This document shows positions 39,690-53,140 of a stretch of 64,000 nucleotides of DNA, in pieces. Numbering within the stretch: position 1 is the stretch's first letter; each line of letters begins with the position of its first letter. Made by a program: the position numbers and the translations under genes. The stretch is from Octopus sinensis. Taxonomy: Eukaryota. Under the pieces are notes generated by a model. That model had not been told where the DNA came from. It did not search any database and saw nothing but the letters and a program-made list of their open reading frames with translations. The DNA lies in NCBI RefSeq assembly GCF_006345805.1, contig NC_043003.1, positions 12,152,001 to 12,216,000 on the forward strand, given 5' to 3'.

Positions 39690-40075
39690 GGCACAGGAGT
39701 GGCTGTGTGGTAAGTAGCTTGCTTACCAACCATATGGTTTCAGGTTCAGTCCCACTGCGTGGCACCTTGGCAAGTGTCTTCTACTATAGCCTCGGGCCAA
39801 CCAAAGCCTTGTGAGTGAATTTGGTAGACGGAAACTGAAAGAAGCTCGTCGTATATATGTATATATGTATGTGTGTATGTGTTTGTTCCCCAACATCGCT
39901 TGACAACCGATGCTGGTGTGTTTACCTGCCCATAACTTAGCAGTTCGGCAAAAGAGACCAATAGAATAAGTACTAGGTTTACAAAGAATAATGCCTGGAG
40001 TCGATTTGCTCGACTAAAGGCAGTGCTGCAGCATGGCCACAGTCAAATGACTGAAACAAGTAAAAGAGTAAAAGT
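39690..40075 (+). mobile_element. tRNA-derived SINE, family A
   Basis: Same consensus as 8337-8740. Confidence 0.9.
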
Positions 40076-40366
40076 GAGTATCTGTCTCTTGAGCTCTTAA
40101 ACTGCACTTCTACAAAGTTCCAAATTTACAGTCATTGTGACCCAAGACTGCAACTGAATAAAATGTTTTGAGGAAATAAATACAAAAGTCATATTAATTC
40201 TTAGAAAATGTCAGAAATGTTTAGAGTGTATTTTAACTACTTCTCCTAAATATATACTGTACTTAATAGTAAACAGGATGTGTGTATCGTCTTGAATTAG
40301 ACTTCTACTTACATAAAGTACACTGGTTGTAGATTTTGACTTGTAGCAGTCATAAAATGGAGTTAA

Positions 40367-40758
40367 CCCTTTAGTGTTCACTAAATAGTCAAATAAAATG
40401 ATTATTTATTCACATTGTTTTGAATTAACCCTTTCGTTACCAACCCAGCTGAATCCAGCACTGGCTCTGAGTACAAATGTCTTTTCATAAGATTTGAATT
40501 AAAATCTTCCATCAAACCTTAGTCACAATTTATGTTCCTAACACTAGCTGAATGATAACTAAGTTATTTTACTAAATTCTTTGTTATATTTAAAATAACT
40601 GAAAGAAACAGAGCATCTCAAAATAAATGCAGTAATGAAAGGGTTAATTAAGCATTATCCCTTAGCTTTGAAATTTTTATGAATGGCTGTTTATTTTTAG
40701 AATGACATTGTAGGGTATGTGTGAGAGGCCAGATATGGTTGGTTTAAATGTTATAGGG
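40367..40758. mobile_element. piggyBac-like MITE (outer, hosts the inner one)
   Basis: TTAA|CCCTTTAG at 40363-40374 and ...TATAGGG|TTAC at 40758; the right end is degenerate. Confidence 0.55.
40429..40643. mobile_element. piggyBac-like MITE (inner)
   Basis: TTAA|CCCTTTCGTTAC...GTAATGAAAGGG|TTAA; TIR 11/12; TTAA TSD. Confidence 0.8.
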
Positions 40759-41678
40759 TTACTACCTAACATAGCAACAAAGAGAGGAAAGATGGAGAAA
40801 GTGACACCTAAAGTTATTTATTTCTTTTTAATTGGTTTTTTTTTGCTTTTACTTGTTTTCAGTCAGGTCTGTGGCCATGCTGGGGTACTGCCCTGAAGGG
40901 TTTAGTTGAAAAAATCGATCCCAGTATTTATTTTAAAACCTGGTACTTATTCATCATTTTTTTCTTTGCCAAACTGCTTAGTTACAGGGAGGTAAACAAA
41001 CCAACAGTGGTTGTCAATTAGTGTTAGGACAAACACAGACATAAAGACACACACATACACATACAGCGGGCTTCCACACAGTCTCTGTCTACCAAATTTA
41101 CTCACAAGGCATTGGTTAGTCTAAGGCTATAGTAGAAGACACTAACCCAAATTACCATTCTGTGAGAATGAACCCAAAGCCACATTGTTGAAAAGTGACA
41201 TTCTAAACCATACAGCCATGCATGTTGTGAAAATTATGTTTATTTTTTAATAGTGCCTAAACTACAAAGAAAATATATGTAATGTAATAAGGAAACAATA
41301 AAATGGTCTTCAGATCCTTGTTATCTCAGTGTAGAACCAGTGGAGATGTTTTTTGTTAAATTGAATACAGTTGTAGGTTAGAATCTTTCAGTAATATTTC
41401 TTAACATTTCTGAATTTGAGTTGCTTTTGAAATACATTGCAGCATGTTTTGCTTTGCTTAAAGGTGTATATTGTTTGAATTAAATTTTAATCTATTTATA
41501 GCTTTAACATTTATTCTGTTTAATGTCATATATTTATAATTGCAAATGATATGGATTTCAGACTTGTTTCTTTTTTTATACATCTGATTTATGTTAGCAT
41601 TTATATATATATACACATATACTCGTGTGTGTGTGTGTGTAAGAAATTATGTGTACATCTGCATATATTTAATACCTA

Positions 41679-41736
<58 letters not shown>

Positions 41737-41894
41737 AGCTTAGAGAAGAAGAAGAAGAAACGAAACGAATTGAATCGACGCGAGGGCGCTTAGTCATACA
41801 ATAGTGTAATAAATAAAATATATGCATACATACAAACATATATGTACGTACCTACATCTACATGTATATATACATGCATATATAAATATATATA

Positions 41895-42155
41895 CGTGTG
41901 TACAGGACACCACAAATAGACGTAGAACTCAACGAGAAACGAAAAGGTAAAAACAGCATGGAACGGATCATTCCTTTAACAACGAAAAAACAGTGTACAA
42001 GACAACTACACAAGGAAAAATCCCCTTCATCAGCTGTCCCTAGTTCAACTCCAGCGTGTTTCGAAGGTGAGGACAGATACAGTACAAGAAGGAATAGAAA
42101 CAGGACAGGAAAACAATAATGAGGGCCTATAAGCCTAGACGAGGAAAACAATTTT
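41895..42155 (-). mobile_element. (TA)n-associated short repeat, same family as 20575-20825
   Basis: See 20575; CpG-richer than its flanks and abuts a (TA)-type microsatellite. Confidence 0.5.
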
Positions 42156-42841
42156 CAGCATGTAAGAAATTATGTGTACATCTGCATATATATAATACCT
42201 ATATATATATATATATATATATACCAATTTTATTGATAATAATTTATACTCAATTTAAATAGAATGTTTTAAAAGGAAATGGAATAGAAAATTGAAATAT
42301 TTTGCCAAAATTTCAATAATTCCAGTTTCAAGAATATTATCATTTCAGTATTCCAATTTTAAGAATATGTAGCCTAAAATATTTTATTTTGCAATCTTGC
42401 AGAATCTTTGCTAAAAAGAACTTTAAATTTTATCTCAAATGTCTTTTAGTCAATAAGTCTGAGAATAATTTATTATTTCTGCATGCATAAACTCACTTAA
42501 ATTTTAATTAGTAAATATAATTGTTTGGCTATTTGTCAAACTTTGACATAACTTTTAATAGTTGTTTATAATTGATATATTAACTTTTTACAGCCAAAGG
42601 TAATTTAGCAGTTATCTCATTTGTATACTACATGCTTTATATCAACAATAAGTTAGTTACTTTTTAGAGTTTTGCTCTTTATTTTTTTACTGAATATAAT
42701 GGAACTTCAGGTTATGAATTTAATTTGTTCCTGAAGGCTGTTCATTACTTGAAATGTTCATAAACCAAAGCAATTTTTCCCATAGAAAATTCAAGAGAAG
42801 GCATTGGGAATTTGACCATGGATGTGCACTGAACAAAAGTA

Positions 42842-43506
42842 GGATCTTTACCTTTTGACCGACAGATTTAAAAAATAACTTTTTGTAACTAAACACTTTC
42901 AAACTTCGAGCACTGGTAGAATGTGTCATATAAAATATATTTTACTCTTAGCATTTTTGAGAAAAACTTATATTTACGAAGTTATTTCACGTCAAAGTTC
43001 TCGTATTTTGGTAATTTCAACCAATGACGTGTATTCAGCTGAATAAAATTACTGCTGTTGTTTGTCAACAAGAACTTCTGGTGGTATATATTTCGCTTGT
43101 CACTTATTTATGACAACTCTAACCCTAACCCTTAAACCTTAACCCTAACCCTAAAACCATAACCCTAATCCTAAAACCCTAACCATAACCCTAAAATCGT
43201 AACCTTAAAACCAGTACAAACGCATGAACAATGTCATAAGTAACAGTGACAAATGAAAAATACACCACCGATAGTTGTTGTTGACAAACAACGGCAGTAA
43301 TTTTATTCAGCTGAATACACGTCATTGATTGGTTGAAATTAGCGAAATACGAGAACTTTGATGTGAAATAACTTCCTAAGTTTCTCTCAAAAATGCTAAG
43401 AGTAAAAGATGTTTTATATGACACATTCTACCAGTGTCCGAAGTTTCTAAAGTGTCTAGTTACAAAAAATTATTTTTTAAATCTGTAAGTCAAAAGGTAA
43501 AGATCC
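42842..43506. mobile_element. Non-autonomous foldback DNA element with ~275-bp TIRs and a telomere-like core
   Basis: Arms 42842-43115 and 43232-43506 are inverted copies (GGATCTTTACCTTTTGAC...GTCAAAAGGTAAAGATCC); 8-bp TSD caaaagta at 42834-42841 and 43507-43514. Confidence 0.88.
43116..43212 (+). repeat. Degenerate (TAACCC)n / (TTAGGG)n telomere-like tract
   Basis: aaccctaacccttaaaccttaaccctaaccctaaaaccataaccctaatcctaaaaccctaaccataaccct... Confidence 0.85.
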
Positions 43507-44058
43507 CAAAAGTAGACGGATGCTCTCCTGCTAATACCCCCTGCTTGTCAACAATTGTTGCTGGCTTGCGTTCTCATTACTCAAGACACCATTTGTCACC
43601 TGAGATGTTTTTATGTTTGAAAAATTGTTCATAAACCAATTTGTTCATGATGAGAGGTGATCATAAACCAAAGTTGCATGGTATTAGTTTTCTCTACCAT
43701 TGTTCTCAAGTTTAAAAGCTTCACATTTCTCCCCATTGAGCCTCTTCATGTGACTATCGTTGATGAAAATACCTTTTATTAAATTGGGATATTACATAAA
43801 ATTATGTTTCGCAACTGATATTCTTTATTTTTACGTTGCATAAATAATAAAAGTTAGTAATTAGAAGAAAGAAGATAAATAGAAACTCGGCTACAAAAAA
43901 AGAAAAAAAAATGGAACAAAACGGTTTATATATTTTAGTCAGTATTAATGACTTGTGGGGATGTAATATTTCATTATACAACCATAATATACTGTAAAGT
44001 ATATTAAATGTTCTTATAAATCAATATCATAATCTCCTGTGTTAGCAGTGTCCTTTAG

Positions 44059-44202
44059 ATCACTTGTTAAGTTTATCTCTACAGATATTCTATTGAAATT
44101 ATAGCCAGCACTGAATTTTGTCTTGGTAATGAAACATTGTAACAAAAATCAGTGCCAGTTATAATTTCTACAATATCTGTAGAGATAAACTTAACAAGTG
44201 AT
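44059..44202. mobile_element. 144-bp MITE-like hairpin element
   Basis: Perfect 31-bp TIR atcacttgttaagtttatctctacagatatt (44059-44089 / 44172-44202) extending imperfectly to ~62 bp; direct repeat tttag at 44054-44058 and 44203-44207. Confidence 0.85.
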
Positions 44203-45363
44203 TTTAGTCAGTGTTCATGAGAGATAATTTGTATTAACTAAACTTGTCATCAGAATTGAAGACAGCAATTTTATTAAGTTTATACAATAGCATAAACTTA
44301 ATAAACAGTGGGACTGAATCCAAGACCATGTGGTTGTAATGTGAGCTTCTTAACCACATATGCCTGTGCATATATACCAAGTATTTTTACTTTTAGTGTA
44401 TAAGACCATTCAAATTTTCTTTCAATAATTTTGGCTAATCTTGGATTTCTTTTTTGTGCCTATCTTTATTCTATCTCTGATGTTCTTCCTTATATCCAGT
44501 ACTGGCAATTTTTTCTTAATACCATCGAACAAGAAATTATTAATTGAAATCCTCAACTACCCTTCACCTGCAATACATTCCTCAACTAGTTCCTATCTTC
44601 TCTTAAGTATTGAACTTTTTCTCTTTCAGTATAAATTAATCACATTGACCCTTACAACTCTAGCCCTTGCTTTTTCTATTAACTTTAATCTAAACATAAT
44701 TACAGAAATTGCTCCTAGTCAAGCTATTTATTCACTCTTCACTTAAATCTCTCATTATTATTTTTTTTCCAATAACCGACAAAAGGTTCCTGACATAAGA
44801 CATTTTTAGAAAATACCAAGTTGCTTGTGACATTAGCATCACTTTTTTAACAGAATTTTGCATTGTAACCTATTGGCTAAGCTTATTGGTTTTGTGCCAA
44901 GTGAAGAAAAATTACTCATAGCTCTAAAATAATCTGTTAGAACAGCTGACAAATAAAACTATGATAATATTTGAGACAGCAGGATGGTTGAATTAATAGG
45001 GTATTGGAAAAATAAGCTGAGAGGTTGGAAAACTGTGCTCATGATAAAGACAATAAACCCACATTGACTAAGTTAATCTAATGTAGTTTTCTTTCTTTTT
45101 TTTTTTTTGTTTTCTTTCCTGCAGCATACAGTAGGAAATAGTATAAGAGCTCATTACTAAACATGAGCTAATGGAAATAACTCCTGTGGGCTATTGGTAT
45201 GAGTTTAGATAATTCAAGTAAATGATGGTCATGTACTGAATGATGCATCTTTTGTTTTTTACTTGTTTCGGTCATTGGACTGCAGCCATGCTGGAGCACC
45301 ACATTGAAGAGTGTAGTCAAATAAATCAACTGTGGTATTTAATTTTATTTTAAGTATATACTT

Positions 45364-45785
45364 ATAGGTGCAGGTGTGGCTGTGTAGTAAGAAGCTTGCT
45401 TCTCAACTATATGGCTCTGGTTTCAGTCCCACTGCGTGGCACCTTGGGAAAGTGTCTTCTACTATAGCCTCAGGCTGACCAAAGCCATGTGAGTGGATTT
45501 AGTAGATGGAAACTGAAAGAAGCCTGTTGTGTATATATATATATATATATGTCTGTTTATGTATGTGTCTGTGTTTGTCCACCCTACCATCACTTGACAA
45601 TTGATGTTGGTATGTCTACGTCCTCGTAACCTAGTGATTCGGCAAAAGAGACTGATAGAATAAGTACTAGGCTTACAAAGAATAAGTCCTGAGGTTGATT
45701 TCTTCGGCTAAAACCCTTTAAGGCGGTACTCCGGCATGGCCACAGTCAAATGGCTGAAACAAGTAAAAGAGTAAAAGAATAAAGA
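45364..45785 (+). mobile_element. tRNA-derived SINE, family A
   Basis: Same consensus as 8337-8740. Confidence 0.88.
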
Positions 45786-48700
45786 ATATTCTATCAGTTT
45801 TTTTTTTGCTGAACTGATAAGTCATGGGGATGTAAACAAACTAACACCGGTTGTTGATTGGTGATGGAGGATAAACACAAAGACACACACATAATTGCAT
45901 ATATGATGAGTTTCCACAAGTTTCTCTATACCAGATCTGCTTACAAGGCATTGGTCAGAAGGCACTTGCCCATGGTGCTGTGCAAAGGGACTGAACCTAA
46001 AATCACGCAGTTCTACACTGAACTTCTTAATCACACAATCAATCATCCCTGCACATGTAAAAGACAAAAAAATGTTCTTTTAAATTAATAAAAAAAAATT
46101 TTTTTAATTGACTTTGCCTCTTAGTTGGAAAAAGAAAATAAAACCCAGAGGTAATTGTTAGTGCCTAAAGAGGAAGTTATCAATTTTAATTTTGAACTGA
46201 GCTTTGTTTGCAGGAAAGGTAACAGTTATTATGGATATAATTTAGTATTATTAGACATCAAGAAAGAAACATAGTCATCTCAAGTTTGCTGGTCTTTCAT
46301 TAGATTGTAGCATTGAGTTCAGCTGTTTTTTGGTCTAAAGGACTCACCTTCAGTAGAGTGGCTAGGCAAATGTGTGTTTTTGTTTGTGTGTGTACAGAAT
46401 TTTTAAGGAGGGTGTATAATAGAAAACAGAATATTGAGAAAGAACTGGAAAGAAAGAGTGACAATGATTCCTAAGCTGCTGCTACTCAACAAACAGAGCA
46501 GAAAAGACACTTTCATGCTATCAAAAAGGTAAAGACAGCATACCACATGACAAACACTCTGCCATTTTGCCTGTATGTTACTTATATTTTTATGGTGTGT
46601 CATGGTTATTAATTAATTTTCATGTCAGTCATTATACATGACATGAATTGAAAATGGTTATTGGGACACTTCTATATATTAGCTTAGCTGTTTAGTCTGT
46701 CTTGTAGTATTAGACATGTAAACCATGCCTTCTTCATAAGCTTCAGGTCACTAAAGGACCAAAGGTTTTCATGTCTTTCTGCTTCACAGACTTCACACTT
46801 GATAAATCTTGGTAAATCACTCATATCTTTTAACTAGTGTCTTATCGTTATAGTTCCCTGTTTTCTGTGCCTCTTCACATAGGGAGAGTAGAGAACAGCA
46901 TCAAGTGTTACTCAGACAGATAGAACTTCTGTGATATGATGTGTAATTTTCTTGATGCTGGAAACAGGACTAAATTATTTAATTGGTGTTTCTAAACTGA
47001 CCAGAAGTCGACATGGCCATTTTAAAAATCTAAAACTGTAGTTATCCAGGTGTTTTACAAATGCCAACTTGCATTTTTGGATTCTCCATGCTCTGATGAT
47101 TTCAAAAATGTATAAGCTTGTTAATCCCCACCAAATTTTGAATGAAAAGATGTAAGGAAGTTGACCTTTAGTTGAATTGATCTATTATTAACCTTCTAAT
47201 CATTGATATTCAATATGTTAGATATTGTTACTTAGAACATGTGAACTAAAACAAAATTTAAGCCAATGGCAGTCTGTCAGCATTATAAGTGGGCTGAGAA
47301 AGTTAAATAAAAGCTCCCGCAGTTTCTTTACCGCGTTTCTTAGAACAGGTGTTTACCAGCTGATAGATTTTCTAACATGAATTTGATTATCAGGAATTAG
47401 TTGTGGCAGCTACTTGCTTGTTAAGTAGACTGACAATTTATTCTAAGTTTTATTTCAGTCTTGGTGGAAGAGTTAATCCAACATCCATTAAACTAAAACC
47501 AAACCACTCTTTAAACATACACACATGCACACACATTTTGTGTTTGAACTTATATACAAGTATATGAGTAGAAACTTGAACACACTCACTCCCACGCATG
47601 CATATATTCACACATGTTCTCTAATGCACGCTCACATACTCACATGTATACACAATCTCCTGTATGTAATGAGAAAGAGTGCTGCTAAAAAACTAAATAT
47701 TTTGCCTTGTACATAAAACATTAAACAGCTGTGACAGTGTGATTTTATGAATTTCATACATAGAAATTTTCTGAAACTGGACTTACTTGTTATTGAGTGA
47801 TTATATATATATGTATGTATTTATGTATGTATATATATATTGATAGATCAGAAAAGATTGGTAGTTACAAACACTTTGAAATGGTTATGTACCATCTAGC
47901 AGCAGGAAACAAATCTTTATTCATAGAAAGGTATTACAGATTCTATCATTTTCCAAATTTTGTTTAAATTTGATATTTCGTATTTCACTAATGAGAATTA
48001 TCATGCAACAGATAAGCTCCCCTACAAGATATGACTGTGACACAGTTTTTGATTTCTGATCAAAGTCCTTTGACTTCAGAAATGACATGGTTATCATAAT
48101 TATGAATTAACTGCTAAGATTTTAATTTAAATGATATTAGACATTGTAGTATCAATTTGTTATCTTTTTTGTTTCAAATTTATGTCAATAATGTCATACA
48201 TCAATGCTACAACTTATAATTATTATTCTTCCCTGCAAATGAAGGCCTTTGTACCTTGTAAAAATACTTTAATATCACCAATTTTATTTCAGTGGCTTCT
48301 TGCTAGAAAGACATGACCATAAGACAATCTTGTATTCCATCTATTATAAATGCAAAGTGTTATTTTCTTTGTTAGAAATCAACATTATATTTGTCAACTT
48401 GTGCTTTTTTTTCTTTTTATTGCTAAAGTACTTATTTTAAAAATTTTCTGGATCAAATCTTGGAAAGCATAAAACGCTGACTGATTAGTTGCTCTAATTA
48501 ATTTCTCAGGTACTAATGTTCTTCATTAGTATTCTTCTAATTGTCTATTATATATTCAAATACAGAATGGAGTAGATATAACAAAAAAATAAATAATTGA
48601 AATTGGGAGGTTGAATATTATATATAATACTTAAAAATGTCTTTTTTGGATACAGACTAATTTTACTTACGTTGAAGCCATAAATAAAATGATGAAAACC

Positions 48701-51046
48701 AGAATGATTTATATGTCCACTTCAAATTCTTATAAACATTAAATACTTTGATTCTTTTACACAACCAAAAAAATTATTAAATAAAAAAATATATATATTT
48801 TGCATACTAACATTTCTTTTGTTTAAAGTCTAGGCCACTTTTTGTTGCAAAGACATACAGTCAATTGAATTGACTTATATTGTACTTATGCTTCAACTTT
48901 GGAAGGTAGAAATGTTAAAAAAATCTTAGCAGGTGAACTCCAAAGGGAGAACATATATATAAACATTATTTTGAGTCGTGTTCTTTTTTTCCTTGCTATA
49001 ATACAAACTAAGCAGCAGGCATGTATTCAGAAAGTATAGAATAGCTATTTAGATTGTTATTGATTGTTGTATAAGTGTTCATGCAGCTAAAGCTTGGCTA
49101 ATAACTTAAACAACATCTGTTGACAAGAAAATTCTTTATGAAAATTGTTAGGATTTTAAGTTTGTATTTATTTTATTTTTGATTAAAAAAAAAAAAAGAA
49201 ATCAGTCTATAATTTTACTTGTCTGGATAAAATATTTAAATTTCTAATAAGATTAACTTTTATGGTTGCTGTTTTAAGTGTTACATTATTAATGTTCATA
49301 TTATAATCCTTTCTACTAAAAGCACAAGGCTTGGAATTTTGGGGGAGGGGACTAGTTGATTACATCGGCCCCAGTACTCAACCGGAATTTATTTCAACCC
49401 CGAAAGGATGAAAGGCAAAATTGATCTCAGCGGAATTGGAACTCAGAGTGTAGTGACAGATGAAATACTGCTAAGTATTTTGCCTCGCATGCTAATGGGG
49501 TTCTGCCAGCTCACCGCCTTTAATGTTCATATAATAATATAATAAATGCGTCCTTTTATAGCCTAGCGAGGCTCATGGGCCTGGTTTCCCAGTTTCAATG
49601 GCGTATGTGTTCTCCAACTGGACGGGACGCCAGTCCATTGCAGCGTTACTCATTTTGCCAGCTGAGTGGACTGGAGCAACATGAAATGACGTGTTTTGCT
49701 CAAGAACACAACACGTCGCCTGGTCCAGGAATCGAAACCACAATCTTACGATCATGATGCTGACACCCTAACCACTAAGTCACGTGCCTCCACTTAAATA
49801 ATAATGCATTGAATTTAATATTTCACTTATAATTATGTTTTCTATTAGATGTTACATAGATTATTGTTAGACTAAGTATTTCCAAAGTGGCTGATGTAGA
49901 CCTCTAGAGGTCAGTGGAACTGTGCAGAGAGTTGAGAATGTTTAGGGGTCAACAGGTGGTTGAAAACTGGCTTGGGGTCTTCAGGTGGCTGGTAATATCT
50001 AGGGGTCTCTAAAGTTCACAAGTAAGAAAAATTTAATTTTAGATTTTTAAAATTTAGCAGCAATATATCATGAAAGAGCAATTTTAACACCCGCAAAATT
50101 TGTTAACATCACTTTTCCTTTATTTCTCGAAATGTCAAAATTTTGTTGCTCCACTGTAATTTGACATAATGCAACCATATTTTAGATGGTTAAAATGGAT
50201 GTTCCAGGATGTAATTGCTTCAACACATAATCTCAGATAAGTCACTGCTAAACAAGCACATCTCAAAATCCATGCCTTTACGTCACATGATAGCTACTGA
50301 AGCCAGAGCAATTTTCCCATTTCATGAAGACACGAACAAAACTGAAAATATCTTCATAATTTGGTAGCTTTCCTGAATCATAAAAGCCTGAATGTAGCAG
50401 AGAAAATTTTCATAATTTCCTTCAATGAAAGACTGGAATTTTTGACAGCCAATACATATTTAATTTTCTTAGCTCTCTCACTGGTGAGTTTAGATGACCA
50501 AATGTTGAAACTCCAAACTATAAGATAAGTCACAATACATATATTTTTATGTAATTTGTAAATGTAATGTCTATAAAGACAACATAGTTACATCTAATAC
50601 AAAAACATATTGCTAAAACTTCTAAGAGTATCAGCAAGTAAATGACTATATCACAGCTACATATAATCACATATTCTGTATTTTTTGGGTTTTTTTTGTT
50701 TTAAGAGATTAAGATGATATATATTTGGTATTATTAGAAGTGTGGAGGTGCAATGGCCCAGTGGTTAGGGCAGCAGACTTGCGGTCAGAGGATCATGGTT
50801 TCAATTCCCAGACCGGGCGTTGTGTGTGTTTATCGCGCAAAAACACCTAAAAGGTCCACGAGTCTCTGGCAGGTGGTGGTGGCGACCCCTGTTGTACTTT
50901 TTCGCCACAACTTTCTCTCACTCTCTCTTTTCCTGTTTTGTGAGTAACACTGTGATGGACTGGTGTAAAAAAAAAAAATTATTAGAATTAAACCTTTTTA
51001 ACAGGTTTCTCAATATCTGGAGATATGTTTAAATTTTCTTTTTTCT

Positions 51047-51253
51047 TGCCAGCCTCGTCTGGCACCTGTGTCGGTGGCACATAAAATCACCCACTACACT
51101 CTCGGAGTGGTTGGCGTTAGGAAGGGCATCCAGCTGTAGAAACACTGCCAGATCTGACTGGCCTGGTGCAGCCTTCGGGCTCCCCAGACCCCAGTTGAAC
51201 CGTCCAACCCATGCTAGCATGGAATGCGGACGTTAAATGATGATGATGATGAC
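51047..51253 (+). mobile_element. 5'-truncated RTE 3'UTR copy, nearly identical to 1676-1876
   Basis: tgccagcctcgtctggcacctgtgtcggtggcacataaaatcaccc... is shared almost base for base with 1676-1876. Confidence 0.85.
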
Positions 51254-51727
51254 TGCATTTTTGTCAAGCCTCTTAATATATTTATTCATTTCATAAATAT
51301 CAAAGATTTATTTTTATATTTTTTCCTTTTTTTTTTTTTTTACTTTTTCTATTTTTCCCCTTATTTGGAAGATTATGGTTGAGTTATGAAAGTGCGAAGT
51401 TAGTAAATTTAGAAGTAAAAATAGTTTAGAATAAGAGGCCATGTGCTGCAAAAAGAAGAGAGTGAGAAAGTATCACAAAGTGAAGAGAGAGAGAGAGAAA
51501 GAAAGAGAGGTGAGGAGAATGATTGCTGACAGAGATAAGGTGCATTAATATTGTTGCTGGTACTGGCAGAACTACTACTCTGAGAATTAGGGACCAAGTC
51601 GATGAAAAGTTGGTCTACCAAATATCAAAGTTGAAGGTGGCAGGTATCCTACAGATAGCAATAGCATAAAAATATTACCCTTTAGACAGCAGTTTAATTC
51701 AGCCAAGCAAAACTTCAATAATTTATT

Positions 51728-51919
51728 ACTCTTTTACTTGCTTTAGTCATTTGACTGTGGCCATGCTGGAGCACTACCTTTAGTCAAATAAATCAACACC
51801 AGGACTTATTCTTTGTACGCTTAGTACTTATTCTATCTGTCTCTTTTGCTAAGTTATGGGGATGTAAACACACCAACACTGGTTGTCAAGCAGTGTTTGG
51901 GGTGACAAACACAGACACT

Positions 51920-51955
<36 letters not shown>

Positions 51956-52116
51956 GATGGGCTTCTTTTAACTTCCGTCTACCAAATCTACTCACAAGGC
52001 TTTGGTTGGCCCGAGGCTATAATAGAAGATACTTGCCCAAGGTGTAATGCAGTGGAACTGAACCCAGAACCATGTGGTTGGGAAGCAAGTTTCTTACCAC
52101 ACAGCCATGCCTGCAC
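51728..52116 (-). mobile_element. tRNA-derived SINE, family A
   Basis: Reverse complement of the family-A consensus. Confidence 0.88.
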
Positions 52117-52937
52117 CTGTGAGAAAATGTTTAAAATTTAAAAAAAAACAAAAAATACAAAACTAGTTTCATGGGGTAGAGAAAAAAAAAGTGTTTTTCA
52201 ACCCACATAATCATTCTCTGTTATGATTTGTGTTGATTATACACAACTGAGGACTAACACTACTCTTTCAAGAGTCTACCAAAAATTTTCCAATGTGAAA
52301 AGAAAAAACAAGAATGAAGAAATTTAAAAAAAGTAACTTTAAAATGTTTAATTTAATATTATCTTTGCTCCCATTAAGGCAGAGAAGAGCCCCTACCTCC
52401 ACTAGCAACTCTTGAATATTTGATCATATACTACCAAAGAATGAGAAGTTGATAACATTTTTGCATTCTAAATAAATGTGTTTCACATATTGAGAAGACA
52501 GGAAATATTCCAGCCATATTGCTATTTCTTGAAATACATTACTGACCACTTGTCATTTAATATTTCCTCGTTTTGATTGCATGCTACTCAGGACAAATTG
52601 CTTAAGGGCTATATGGTTGCCAACAAAATTAGAACTAATTTTTTTTTTGTTTTTTGTGAAGGAAACTCTAAAAAAAATTATACACTTACATATCTCTTTG
52701 TATAATCATGTGATTATACAAACCACATTCTGCTAGGAAATTCTACCTCATCCATAATTTGAAATATGCAGCAACAAAAACAATCACAAGAGTGATGTAC
52801 TTTCACTTTATCTGGATATTTAACCTCTCATTAAAATTTAATAGGAACTTTATTTATCTACTGACATATTCAGCACTGCTTAATCTGGTATTATCAATAT
52901 TAATTGCCTTCATTTTCTTCTCTCCACAGCTGTACTG

Positions 52938-52967
52938 ATGCTATCCAATCTGCAGACCAGTGCTTGA
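52938..52967 (+). promoter_or_regulatory. Short upstream ORF (MLSNLQTSA*) in the 5'UTR
   Basis: ATG at 52938 and TGA ending at 52967, inside the predicted exon. Function is not shown. Confidence 0.4.
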
Positions 52968-53140
52968 TTTCCCTGGACAACAGCAAAAGTCAAAGATATT
53001 AAGTTTGAATCCATTTGAAGTTTTCTTCTTTCACTCATCCAACATTAACACAAGCTTTACTACCACTGGAACAGTACACATTAAAGAGCCTCTATTAATT
53101 TCGCATTTCTATAATACAACATTCTGCATCAGAATTATTG

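Noticed and set aside
43116-43212. Chromosome end or telomere fusion site
   Set aside because: The tract is short, degenerate, single-orientation and enclosed by TIRs with a TSD, so it is part of a transposon.
47261-47325. CCAAT plus TATA-like plus Inr-like promoter
   Set aside because: Spacing is off (about 37 nt), the TATA is non-canonical, and there is no good donor downstream.
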